Assembly (NCBI GenBank): GCA_963847445.1
Contig: CAWJZV010000002.1
Coordinates: forward strand, 96,001-160,000
Direction of reading: 5' to 3'
From: an uncultured delta proteobacterium
GTDB taxonomy: Bacteria; Desulfobacterota; Binatia; UBA9968
DNA length: 64,000 nt
The notes beneath the pieces were generated by a model. The model was not told where the DNA came from. It saw nothing but the letters and a program-made list of their open reading frames with translations, and made no database searches. The translations under genes were made by a program, and so were the position numbers. Below are positions 54,040-64,000 of the stretch, one piece after another. Each line of letters starts with the position of its first letter. The first letter of the stretch is position 1.

Positions 54040-55155
54040 TCAGCTCTGAATCGACCGTCGCGTCCAGATGCGCCCATCGAGCCAATAATGACAGAAGAGT
54101 CCTCCCGTCCCCAGTGGCGCGAGCCATTCGAGTTTAGACCAACTACCGACAATTGCGCCGATAAATCCGACAACCGGCCAGACAAGAAAAGAGCCGGCTT
54201 GCTCGATCTCACTGCGAAACCTGTCTCCCGCCCCAATTGCTGGCGGCGAATCGGAACCGTTCAGCGCCGGGTTAATCCCAGTCCGGCTCATAGCATGAAA
54301 ACTGGCCGGGCGCCGTCTCATCGCGTAGGCGAAGTAAAGATATTGCACTTCATGATGCACCGCGAGAACCAACAAAAACGACGCATTCGATGCTCCGAGG
54401 GCGTAACCGCTGCCAAAGGCGACGGCATGCGCGAGCACCACCCACCACTCGCCTGGATGAACCCGACCCGTGGTATTGACCGAGGCGAACGTCACGCGCT
54501 CGCCGCCGGCTCCTAAGAGCGTCCAGCTAAGATAGGCCGTCACCCAGGCCGCCGCGGTAAAACCGATGATCGAAGTAATATCCGCGCCGAGGTTCAAGGC
54601 AAAATACGGTTTTCCTTCGTAATCTGCCGGAGCCAAATGGCTGTAGGCAAGCACGGCAGCGAGCATCGGTAGATAGATGGCGCCGCGGAACAAAACATCG
54701 TGCGCGCGCGACACCGGCCCTCCTACTCCGCGCTGATAAAAACGCGCCACGCCGAGACTCTGACGCCCTCTGTGCCATACGGCGGCGTACATAGCGATTG
54801 ACGTGAGCAAGATCGTTTGGCCGCTCATGGAAAGCGCGTAAGTCAGCACCAGGATGACCAGCGGAATCAGCAGCACGTCAACGCGGCGATGATGCCAGAG
54901 ACGCCGGCGTATGATGGCATCGTAGGTCGCTCCTAGATGGAACTCCGACAGCACGAAGTCAATGGTATCGAGCTCACGGTCGCCGCGCAGGAGTATCAGA
55001 AGAATTGCCGCCAACAGCCCGACCGAAGCTCCGCCGCACGCCAGCCAGAAATCCGCGCGGCGGGAAAAAAGCCAGAGGCTCTGCTTTGGGTTTTTGTCTC
55101 TCGCAGGGGGTCGTGCTGAGACGGTCACCCTACTGGTCTCGGTGGACTCACTCAT
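54040..55155 (-). CDS. Multi-pass membrane protein with His motifs
   Basis: Start MSEST at 55155; HLGATY, WHRGRQ, HHEVQY, HYWLDGRIW. Confidence 0.7.
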   Translation of the reverse strand: MSESTETSRVTVSARPPARDKNPKQSLWLFSRRADFWLACGGASVGLLAAILLILLRGDRELDTIDFVLSEFHLGATYDAIIRRRLWHHRRVDVLLIPLVILVLTYALSMSGQTILLTSIAMYAAVWHRGRQSLGVARFYQRGVGGPVSRAHDVLFRGAIYLPMLAAVLAYSHLAPADYEGKPYFALNLGADITSIIGFTAAAWVTAYLSWTLLGAGGERVTFASVNTTGRVHPGEWWVVLAHAVAFGSGYALGASNASFLLVLAVHHEVQYLYFAYAMRRRPASFHAMSRTGINPALNGSDSPPAIGAGDRFRSEIEQAGSFLVWPVVGFIGAIVGSWSKLEWLAPLGTGGLFCHYWLDGRIWTRRSIQS

Positions 55156-56847
55156 GGTTTGCGCCCCGCGTTGCCCGGCGAATCGGTTGGTTTGGCCGGC
55201 GCCTGGAACCATTCCTCCTTGGGAACGACCTTGGGCGTTGGCGGATCGCCCTCGTAGGCCGGTGTCATGATCTGCACGCCGTGCTCGTTGAAAACGTCGA
55301 GGATATTCTGGTGCATCGCCGTGTAGAGCCGCCCCATGGCCTGAGGGTCGTCGCAGTAAGCGTTCAGCTCGTAAGTCACGGCGAAGTCGCCCAGGGACTT
55401 CTGCAACACGAATGGCGCGGGTTCCTTCAGGAGCCCAGCAGTACGCTCGCGCAGCCATGAGCAGCATCGCCTCCACCTGCCGCCAGGGCGTTTCGTAACC
55501 GATCCCGACGGTGGTGTGCAGAATCAGTCCGCGGCTGGCAGCCAGCGTGCTGTAGTTGATCACATGGCCGTTAATGATAGTTGAGTTCGGCACGACGATC
55601 TCCTCGTTCTTGACCGTGCGCAGGTGCGTCACCATGAGCCGCCTCTCGGTCACGTCACCGGTGAGATTGTCGATGCTGATGCGATCGCCGACCTTGAAGG
55701 CGCGCCGGTAGATCATGGTATAGCCCGCCATCAGGTTGCCGATGACCGACGAGGAGCCCAACGAAACGACCACGCCAAGAAAGATCGAGACGCCCTTGAA
55801 CGCTTCCGAGTTCGAACCGGGGATATAAGGATAGGCCACCACAACCGCAAAGGCGATGATGAGCAGACGCGCGATTTTATACGTCGGCAAGGCCCATTCG
55901 CGGTCAAAGCGGGCAAGCGTGACGGTGCCGCGATCGATGCTCTCGAAGTACAGCCGCGTCAGCCTCAGGACATAGCGCGTGACGATCACCACGACCGCGA
56001 CAAACGCGAGACCCGGCAGGCTGTCGATCAATCCCAGGCCCATGGCCTGCAGCGGATCCAAAAGGATCGCCAAGAGCCGCGCCGCAAGCGGCCGCGTCCA
56101 CGGATAAAGACTAAGCACAAAGTGGAGATAGAGATAGCCGAGCACCAAGAGCGCCAAGACATACAGCCCTTTGAGAATGCCGCACAGCGCTTTACTCAGT
56201 TGCCGCGCCTGAACGAGTTGGTGCGACTGGGCTTCCAAAGCTTCGATCCGGGCCTTGAAGCGCCGCTCGGCGAGCAGCATCCAGCTTGCGAAATGCGCGG
56301 CGAATCACGAGCAGCCCTAGCGCCAATAAGCGCCGTCGCGCCGAGCGCGTATAACGTGTTGATCAGCAGGACACGCGGGCTGCGGTCATTGCGGTAAGCA
56401 GCGATCGCCGCCGTGATTTTTATCAGCGCCCTTTCCGCCAATAACTGTCGGGAGAACACCTTCGGCCGCGGCATCGGCATCGATAAAGCCCGCCACCAGG
56501 ATTGCGCCGGCCATAATTCTGGTTCGGTCTTCCATCTCGACCACGCGCAGCGACCCGGCAGCCACGGATTGATCGGCGGCGATCGCTTCAATGCGCTTAC
56601 TGATCGCCTGTGCGCGTTCTTTGGCCGGGTAGACCGGGAAACCGCGCACTTAAAATAGCACCTCGCCGTCCAGCGTGACCGCCGCGCGCTCATAGTCGCC
56701 CGCGAAATCGACGCCAGACGGGTCGGTCGCCGCGACATTTCTAGCTCCAGGGGTAGTTGCTGCACCAGCGTCGCAGACAACCAACCCCGTGGGCGCCCAG
56801 ACCGATGTGGCAAAAATCACCACCATCATTAAAATAAATCGCTGCAT
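55152..56847 (-). CDS. MscS-family mechanosensitive channel, several frameshifts
   Basis: YPYIPGS.SEAFKGVS, RRAFKVGDR, VPNS, IGYETPWRQV, IQIMTPAYE-like C-terminus. Confidence 0.88.
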
Positions 56848-56877
56848 GATAATAAATCCCGCAAAATTTGCCTGACA

Positions 56878-56926
56878 CCCTTTGTGGTTCGACTATGCTG
56901 CTCACCACCCTGAGTGCATCGACGGG
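56878..56926. repeat. REP-like palindrome (GTGGTTCGAC...CTCACCAC...CCTGAG...TCGA type)
   Basis: CCCTTTGTGGTTCGACTATGCTGCTCACCACCCTGAGTGCATCGACGGG in an intergenic gap; single copy here. Confidence 0.45.
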
Positions 56927-56958
56927 CGCTTTTCGCGCCAGATTAGTTTGCTTCCATC

Positions 56959-58172
56959 CTAGAACAATATGCCGAACAGCTTTTTCAACAGCTCTTCGAG
57001 CGGCATCAGGGTGAGTAACAACGGCACGATCGGCACCAATGTCGCGGCCGCGAGTCGGAGAATGGCATCTCTTGTTATCGGCGCGATTTGCATGGTCCGC
57101 ACCACTTCGAAACTATTGCCCAGATCGGCGAGGGACTGGATGTCGCCGCTACCCACGAAAGGCTCATCGGCAGGCGCGCCGCCGCGCAGCCACTTGGCAT
57201 CGAACTCGCGGACGTAACGCTCGGCCAGCGTGCCATATTCGCGATTGCCCGTCCGCTTCGCCTGCAGCCAGCTGCGGCGCGAACACCAAGAGCGGGCCGA
57301 GCACCATGCACAGTAAAAAGACCACGAGGACGGCGATCTCGACCTTGAAGTCAGGCAGCGCGGCGCCGAGATAGAAAATGCGATTGGCAATCATTCCGGC
57401 TAGCACTGCGCCATGCGCCACCGCCAGCGGCGTGAAGGCGTAGACCGTGTTGGCAAGAAATCCCAGGCCGCCGACCCGGTCCGGATGGGTGGGGACCAGG
57501 CTCAAGTCGATGCGCGACACCTGGCAGAGAAAGCGCATCCAGATGAACATCCGAAAGTACCAGCGCAGCATCAGGAACTGGAAGATCGGCAGGCTCACGT
57601 AGCCAAACCACATACCGCTGAGCGAGAGCTGCAAGCCCGCGGCGGTCGGCACCGCGTACCACGTAGCCGTGGCGAGCGCCGTGTAGTGGCGCCAGACAAT
57701 CAGGACACCGACGCCATAGACGAAAGCGATCAGCAACACCTCGGCGAGGACTGAGTTGCGCAGCCGGAACGCCGATGCGATGACGGCATCGAACCGCGGC
57801 AAGGCGCTCTCGGGAATCAAATTGCGGTCGAGGAATTGCCGCACCACGAAACGCATGCGCTGGTGCACCACAAGCTCGGCAATGATAAACAGCGGCACCA
57901 CCACCAGAAAGCGGACATGCACCTCCATGTCCATCAGGAAGGGTACGGCCGCCTTCCCGCCCAGCGCCTGTCCTTCCAGAGCCGAGAGCACCAAGCAGCG
58001 GCAGCCAGGCGAACAGCGAGATGACGATGATGCGTTGGCGCACTAGCTCCAGCGCGTCGCCGGACAGATGCGACCGACGGAAGAGCTGGTACAGCGGCCC
58101 ACCCAGGACGAGGGAGAAGTCCGCCGGATGCCGGAGCAAATCGTCACTGGACTCTAATGTCGGGGATTTCAT
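56959..58172 (-). CDS. Conserved integral membrane protein, two frameshifts
   Basis: DFSLVLGGPLYQL, HVRFL, PTHPDRVGGLGFL, DIQSLADLGNSF. Confidence 0.8.
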
Positions 58173-58198
58173 TTGCAATCTCGCCTCCTCGTCGATTC

Positions 58199-58293
58199 TT
58201 TACAGGAGGCAACAGAGATTTTTTAAAAACACCTCCGTTAACTCAGTTCGCTCCTGTTAAATTGAATTTTCCTTCACTCGACCCTCGACACTC
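58199..58293. repeat. REP-like AACAG stem-loop copy 2 followed by a heptamer half-array
   Basis: ACAGGAGGCAACAGAG...CTCAGTTCGCTCCTGT, then TCACTCG ACCCTCG ACACTC. Confidence 0.65.
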
Positions 58294-58308
58294 ATTGCCT
58301 CTTCCCCC

Positions 58309-58419
58309 CTACTGCCGCGCCATGATCACGCGCAGGAGTTCCTCGTGATCGATGAAGTGGTCGGCGTCCCTGGCGTCCGCGCCCAGATCGATCTGCACCC
58401 AATTAATCTTGCCGTTGAA
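58309..58419 (-). pseudogene. C-terminal remnant of an arylsulfatase
   Basis: FNGKINWVQIDLGADARDADHFIDHEELLRVIMARQ*; resemblance recognised from memory. Confidence 0.6.
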
Positions 58420-58445
58420 TATCCTGCGTGGGCGCCACAAGCGGA

Positions 58446-59871
58446 CTAGGATTCAACGACCGCTTTGACCCGTCCGTCTCTGATCGCTTTGACGAACGCC
58501 TTGTGAGTCGCGCTCGGCCTGATCGGCATAGTCGACGGCAAAGTCGCAGATCGCCTCGTCAAAGGTGCGGCTCGAACCCATATAGCCCGCGATCATGGCA
58601 GCGTCGCCCGAGCGCGCGTGGGCTCGGGCCAGCGCCCACCCGCACGCTTCCGCGTATCGCTCGCAATGCATCATCGTCAAAGCCGTCAATGACCGCGGAC
58701 AGTTTCATGTCGCGAAGCTGGCGCACGTAGAAGTGGCGCCCTGCTTGTCCCGCGTCCATCCCAGGAAGCTGTCACTCGCCGCCTGCATCAGACGCTGGCC
58801 AACGACGACGCGCTGACCATGGTTCTCGTGCAGACTCTTCCCGGCATAGGGTTCGAGCACCGACGCATTCGCCTGCTTGATCTGCAGGAACAGCGGGTCG
58901 TCGTCCGCGGCCATGAACAGGGCGATCACGCACATCGTACCGACGCTGCCTACGCCGACGACCTTCACCGCCATGTCGCACAGATGAAAGCGGTCAAAGA
59001 GCACGCGGATGTGCTCGGGCAGGGAGTCGTGGTAGAGCGCCCATGCTGCCTTGATGTCCCCGCTGCTCCACGTCTTCTGCAACTCTCGGGATGAAAGATC
59101 AGCGGAGGGTTGTCCTTGATGCGCGGCGTCGCGCCAACGTGCTCGGCGAGTTTCGGGAAATCATGTTCGGCAACACTGCGCCCGCGCGCCTGCTCGATTC
59201 TTTCTCAGATGCGCGCGCGCTCCTCTTCGTCGGGCACGCATCGAATCAGCCGCTTAACGTCGATCCTGTCGTACCAGATGTCCAGCGCCGTCATGAAGGC
59301 GTACTCCGCCATGTGTTCCCGGTAGGAGCGCACGGCGGCGCGGGCGGCGCGCGCCGGATCGCTCTGTTTGAGCTGGATATGACGCCCGGCCAGGACCACG
59401 CTGGCGGTCAAGCGCTTGACGTCCCATTCCCATGGCGCGGGAAGCGTTTCATCCAGGTCATTGAGGTCGAAGATCACGCTGCGCTCGGGCGTGGCAAAGC
59501 CGCCGAAGTTCGAGAGGTGGGCGTCACCACAGGCCTGCACCCTGAGGCCGGAGCTTGGCGTGTGGGCCAGGTCGGCGGCCATGATCGCGGCGGTGCCGCG
59601 ATAAAAGGCGAAGGGCGACTGTGACATCCGGCCGTGGCGAATCGGCACCAGGTCCAGCACCCTGCCCTCGTTTTGACGCAAGCACCACTTCGACCGGATC
59701 AGGTCGCTCCTTGGGCGGGTTCCATCCGCTATGCTCCGCGCGGGGCACGGCGTCGCGCAGCCTCTTGCCTTCAGCCCGGCGCTCGGCCTGAGAACGATAC
59801 GGCGCTTCGTCGGGCCCGTTGGCGCGACCACGCTTGCCAACTATGTGCAATCGCTTAGCTTCGCTCTTCAT
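58446..59871 (-). CDS. DUF2252-family protein, several frameshifts
   Basis: PIRHGRM..SPFAFYRG, CGDAHLSNFG, DLNDLDET..PWEWD.KRL, KVVGVGSVGT, YVRQLRDMK, LARAHARSGD. Confidence 0.9.
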
Positions 59872-60059
59872 TTATTGCCCTCATGTACTTTCTGTTCGCT
59901 ATTTCAAAATCCGGAAGAATCCATTTCCCGTCGAAGTGCGCTTTATATGCGACCGACGCAAAAAATGATAGGGCGGCACACCCAGGACGAGCGAGAACTC
60001 CGTAGGCTTATCGAAGTTGATCGTCTTGTTCGAAGTAGTCACGAGAACTGCGTCACGGT

Positions 60060-60414
60060 AAAGGCATCGCAATCCGAAAACAATCCAGAAAACTCAAAAT
60101 CCCAGAAATCCTGGAATCCAAATCGAAACCAAGCTTGTTTGGCGGTTTGTGTTTTTTGTTTATGATCGTTGAGAATTGTTTCGATCCACGGGCCGCTTTG
60201 GATTTAGAATTTCGTGCTTTCTTTGTGTTTGGGATCTAACAGGAGCCAACAGAGAAAACAGAGTTTCTTTGTAACTTCATCTCCGTTCGCTCCGTTGTCT
60301 CCGGTAAACAGAATCCGTGAGTGTTCGAGGGTCGGGTGTCAGGGGACGACCGCTCATCAACCGCCACTCGGCACCGCAGTTTCCCTCGACACTCGTCACT
60401 CGACACTCGTCACT
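60060..60414. repeat. Composite intergenic repeat cluster of three element types
   Basis: AATCC/GATTT low-complexity inverted element ~60070-60220; AACAG stem-loop 60237-60308; empty heptamer element 60319-60414. Confidence 0.6.
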
Positions 60415-60419
60415 TCTTT

Positions 60420-60865
60420 TTACTTCATCTTGATCGTCAGTCCACTGGCGACCTAATTGGAGCTTGGCGCCTTTAGAAACCGAACGAATGTGCAGAACCA
60501 CCCCATCCTGATTGCGCAGCACCATACCGCCCACGCCTCCGGCCAGGGTAATCCCTGCTTCAGCCGCCACATAAGTTCCCGCCAACTTCGCGCTGTCCGT
60601 CAAATTGTAGTACGTCCCCAGTAGCGCTCGCTTTGCTGATGCCGAAATCTACCAGCGTCAAACCGTCGATGGAGAACGGATAATCTTTCCCTTTGAAGGT
60701 CAGTTTGCCATCGCCCCAGGTGATTCCAACGCCGGCAGCAATCGACTTGCTCTCCATCGTTAGCTTTCCCGAAGGTGTCGCCTTTTCCGCGGCGACGCCG
60801 TTGCTTGCTAGCGCCAGGACGACAAAGAATAGAGCGAGCCGGGAAACTGTTAGAACCTTTGACAT
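60420..60865 (-). CDS. Exported DUF1134/EipA-like protein, frameshifted
   Basis: AAGVG.TWG.G.L.FKGK.YPFSI.GL, AGTY, L.NQ.GV. Confidence 0.7.
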
Positions 60866-61364
60866 ATAAATTTCTCCTTGTTTTCTGACATTTGTTCTAA
60901 GACCCTACAGCACAAATTCACAGTCCGATTTCATTTTCACATGGCGCCCTCCTTTTGTTGCGGCAGTTGACTGCTCACTTCCGCTCAGCCCGCCGGAATG
61001 GCGAAGAGCGTCCTCAACGCGAGTACCGCGCCAACAGACTCATTGCCACCTAGATTCAGACCGTCATTCTCTGGCTTTGATCCGCAAATTGTTGCCATTT
61101 CGCTCTCGGCGAACTTTGTCCTTCGACGTGCCACACAGGATTGAGCAATGAGATCCATCATCGCCGGCACAAGCTCTGGCGTGCGCGTCGCTCGGCCGAG
61201 AAAATGCTCATTTCTTATTCTAGCCGTCCGTTCAACATAGTTTTCCACGACGATGGATCGTCTCACGGCAGTTTTTCCAGCCTGAACACTTGTAGCGCCA
61301 AGACGCGATAGCCAGACAAACGCCGCGTGATTCGAGGTCGCTTCCATCCCGATCGTATTGCGCG

Positions 61365-62846
61365 TTACACTTTCGTCAGCGCAAAAACCCGCGCGCTCCA
61401 GGCGCGCTCATCGAGATATAAACCGCGCCCTTGCAAATCGTTGCCATGCCAATCGTACGTCGCATCACCGAGCAAGTCCTGCAGCCGCCACTGGCTGGTG
61501 CCGAGATCGGCAAACGGCAGGCGCACATGGCATTGGCTCTGGTTCGGCGCATAGTTGACCGTCACCAGCAGCCGCTCGTCACCGGAGCCTTGCCAGGCAA
61601 AAGCGACGAAGCAATCGGAGGTCCAGTTGCCATCCCAGGCGGGAACGCATTCGAGCAGTTGCCAGTGACCGTCGCGTACGACGTCGTGGCGCAGCACGGC
61701 CAGCAGCCGGTCGTAGAATGTCTTCACCCGCTCATCGACCGGCTCTTCCGGCGCGCGCACCAGATGCGGTGAGATCCGCTTCTTTCGCGCCTCGAATTGT
61801 CCCTGATGAAAGAATCGTAGCCCAGGCGACAGGAACGTAATGACGGCCGCGGCTTCATGAATTTCCGGTGAAAAAGTCGCGGCCGCCCGCGGCTCGTCGT
61901 GGTTTTCCAGGAAGCGCGCCAGTTTGTTCTGGTAATCGAGTCCAGCGTGGAAATGCTCGCGCACCGGCCGGGCATGACCCTCGCGCAAACGGTCGTACAG
62001 CCGCTTGTCGTAGGCGTAATCGAATCCCTGCTGCTGCATCGTCCATTCCATGTCCCAGTAGACTTCGGCCATGAACTGGAAACTCTGGATGTTTCCGGCG
62101 CGCGGCATCGGTCGCCTTCGGCCAGAAGAGCTCAGCGCGGATGCCCCACGTGCGTTCGAACACCTCGGGCAAGACCAGCATCGCCATGTCGCAGCGCACG
62201 CCGTCGCACTGTCCGGCGATTCTCTCCAGTTCGCCGATCATCGCTTGCTGCAATTCCGGGTTGCCGTAGTTGAGCTGCAGCGTATCGGGCCAGCCGTCGA
62301 AGTACGGGTCGCGGCCGTAGGCGAGCACCGCTGACCCGTTTTTGGTCAGCGCCCGGCAGTAGTTCTGCGGTGCGCGTGCCAAATCACTCTCACTGCCGTG
62401 GACAAAGTAGTCCGGATGCGTGTCGACCCAGGGATGATCCGGCGCCATGTGGTTGGGGACAAAGTCGAGCATCAGCTTTAGTCCGCGTTGCTGCAGCCGC
62501 TGGCGCAAACGCGCCAGCGCCGCGCGCCGCCGAGATCGCGATGCACGGTGTAGTTTTGGATGGCGAATCCGGAGCCGGCGATGTCTGCTTCTTTGAGATC
62601 CGCCAGCGTTTCCTGAAACTCCTTGCGCCATCCGGCGTTGCTGCGCGACACCGCCTGCGCCGCCGGGCCGGTCTGCCAAACGCTTAGGAACCAGATCCAG
62701 TCAAAGCCCATTGCGGCCAAGCGGTCCAGTTCGGCGTCGGGAATATCGTCCAGAGTCGCTGCCCGGCGCAACTTGCGCGACAATTCCGTCAGCCAGATGC
62801 GGGTGTTGATCTGATAAAGGGAAGCGTAGCGGGGACTGTTGGTCAT
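61365..62846 (-). CDS. GH13 alpha-amylase-family protein, two frameshifts
   Basis: LYQINTR, LMLDFVPNH, DGVRCDMAM, FMAEVYW, RFLENHDEPR. Confidence 0.9.
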
Positions 62847-62973
62847 AGAATTTTACCGACTGGAATTTTGCAAATAGGATTCTAACACTCCGATTTCGCC
62901 AAGATCATCTGGCGGTCATGACCGGGCCACCTCGATGCTGCAGAGAGAACCAAGCGAAGCACCATACGCGCCT

Positions 62974-63897
62974 TTACTTCCGGGTTATTTTGTAACCCCG
63001 GCTGTCGAGAAAATTGAAAGTCTGGATAACCTGATTGGTCGGCTCGTACCCGCGGTAGGGAAAATAGCTTTGGATGATCGAGCTTTTCCACTTGGGATGG
63101 CCAGTGGCTCTAAGCTGATCGGCCGAGTTTAGGATGGCCAGAACCAGATGTTGCATCTGCGCCGCGGAGTTTGCATCCCGCTTGTCCAACCCCATAATCG
63201 ACGCCGGCACGGCATAGGTTTCGGTATCGGTTGCAGACCAAGGATATTGAGATTTCCCCAGACTCGTTCGTGCATAGATTTGCTCGAGTCCCGGGTTGGC
63301 CGGCAGCCGGACAAAATGAACCTTGCCGTCCAACTTGCCGATAAAGGGGACCGGCGCCCCGCCGACAAACATCACGGCATCGAGATTGCCCTGCTCCAGC
63401 TTTTTCATGGCATCGTCGAAGCTGTCGAAGGAAACCGTGGCCTTGATATCGTAGACGGACAAGAGCACCGCGGCGGTAATCGCGGTCCCGCCTCCCTCGG
63501 TGCCCACCGACACGCGCTTGCCTTCGAGCTGATAGAAAGTCTGGATGTCGCTCTTGTTGCTGAGCACATGTATTTCTTCGGGGTAAAGATTCAATACAAC
63601 CTTGATGCTGTCGAAAAGATCCAAATTCTGCTGTTGTTTGAGCACTTCGGAGACAAACCGCAGAGCGTCCAGCTGAACGATCGCCAGGTCTACCTTGCCG
63701 GTGCCGAGCAGCTGGATGTTTTCGAGGGAGCCTTTGGTAGGTATCACTTGAATCTCCATGCCCTCCTTGCCCGCCACATTCTTGATGTCCTGGGCAATCT
63801 GAAAATAGCTGCCATCCTTCGGGCCTGTGGCTATCGTCGCCGCCGACGCCGCCGACGCAACCAAGCTCAGAACTAGCGCTAAAAATATTTTCTTCAT
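62974..63897 (-). CDS. TAXI-family TRAP transporter solute-binding protein
   Basis: IATG..GSY, T.GS.ENI, DLAIVQ.D, LYPEEIHV, L.GKRVSVG. Confidence 0.88.
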   Translation of the reverse strand: MKKIFLALVLSLVASAASAATIATGPKDGSYFQIAQDIKNVAGKEGMEIQVIPTKGSLENIQLLGTGKVDLAIVQLDALRFVSEVLKQQQNLDLFDSIKVVLNLYPEEIHVLSNKSDIQTFYQLEGKRVSVGTEGGGTAITAAVLLSVYDIKATVSFDSFDDAMKKLEQGNLDAVMFVGGAPVPFIGKLDGKVHFVRLPANPGLEQIYARTSLGKSQYPWSATDTETYAVPASIMGLDKRDANSAAQMQHLVLAILNSADQLRATGHPKWKSSIIQSYFPYRGYEPTNQVIQTFNFLDSRGYKITRK

Positions 63898-63973
63898 AAG
63901 CCATCCCTCCTTAACAATAATAACGGTTATTGGGGTCTGCCCGGCAAATCCTATAAAAAGGAGGCGAACTTTT

Positions 63974-63995
63974 GTATTGGACTTTAGTCCAACAC
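63974..63995. promoter_or_regulatory. Palindromic operator upstream of the TAXI gene
   Basis: GTATTGGACT-TT-AGTCCAACAC. Confidence 0.6.
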
Positions 63996-64000
63996 TGATT

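Noticed and set aside
54040-56280. 746-aa MscS-membrane enzyme fusion in the ORF track
   Set aside because: Artefact of a frameshift near 55440; the MscS C-terminus is in ORF 55152..55409 and the next gene has its own ATG at 55155
60985-61347. 120-aa ORF between the GH13 and DUF1134-like genes
   Set aside because: No motif or convincing RBS; cannot be supported as a gene

Overview
GC-rich bacterial chromosome segment; gene content and repeat style suggest a soil deltaproteobacterium such as Ca. Binatia (inference only). Many 1-nt frameshifts, even in guaB and yifB/comM, suggest an unpolished long-read assembly. Core genes (guaA, guaB, FmdB-type protein, yifB/comM) fill the first 4.8 kb. A 5.3-kb integrase-less islet follows, bounded by a 61-bp duplication of the yifB 3' end and carrying MmgE/PrpD, TctC, amidohydrolase and RpiR genes. 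The rest is an almost entirely minus-strand accessory patchwork: ExeA-like ATPase, flavin disulfide reductase, an ECF-Ogt/Ada-AlkA-Ogt alkylation operon, a decaying redox-enzyme cluster, small Zn-finger genes, an HK/RR pair, a Phd-RelE toxin-antitoxin pair, two sigma-54 activators with STAS-like/thioredoxin targets, and a ~24-kb membrane-protein cluster. Most notable signals: (1) four copies of a 117-bp three-hairpin element always followed by TTNAA, one inserted in frame in a gene; (2) a promoter, apparently leaderless uORF and terminator forming a candidate attenuator before guaB; (3) a four-helix-bundle gene in heptamer arrays that recur as empty elements; (4) a shared tandem enhancer plus sigma-54 promoter before two STAS-like loci; (5) a shared palindromic operator in the membrane cluster. 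No rRNA, tRNA, CRISPR array, integrase or transposase was recognised.
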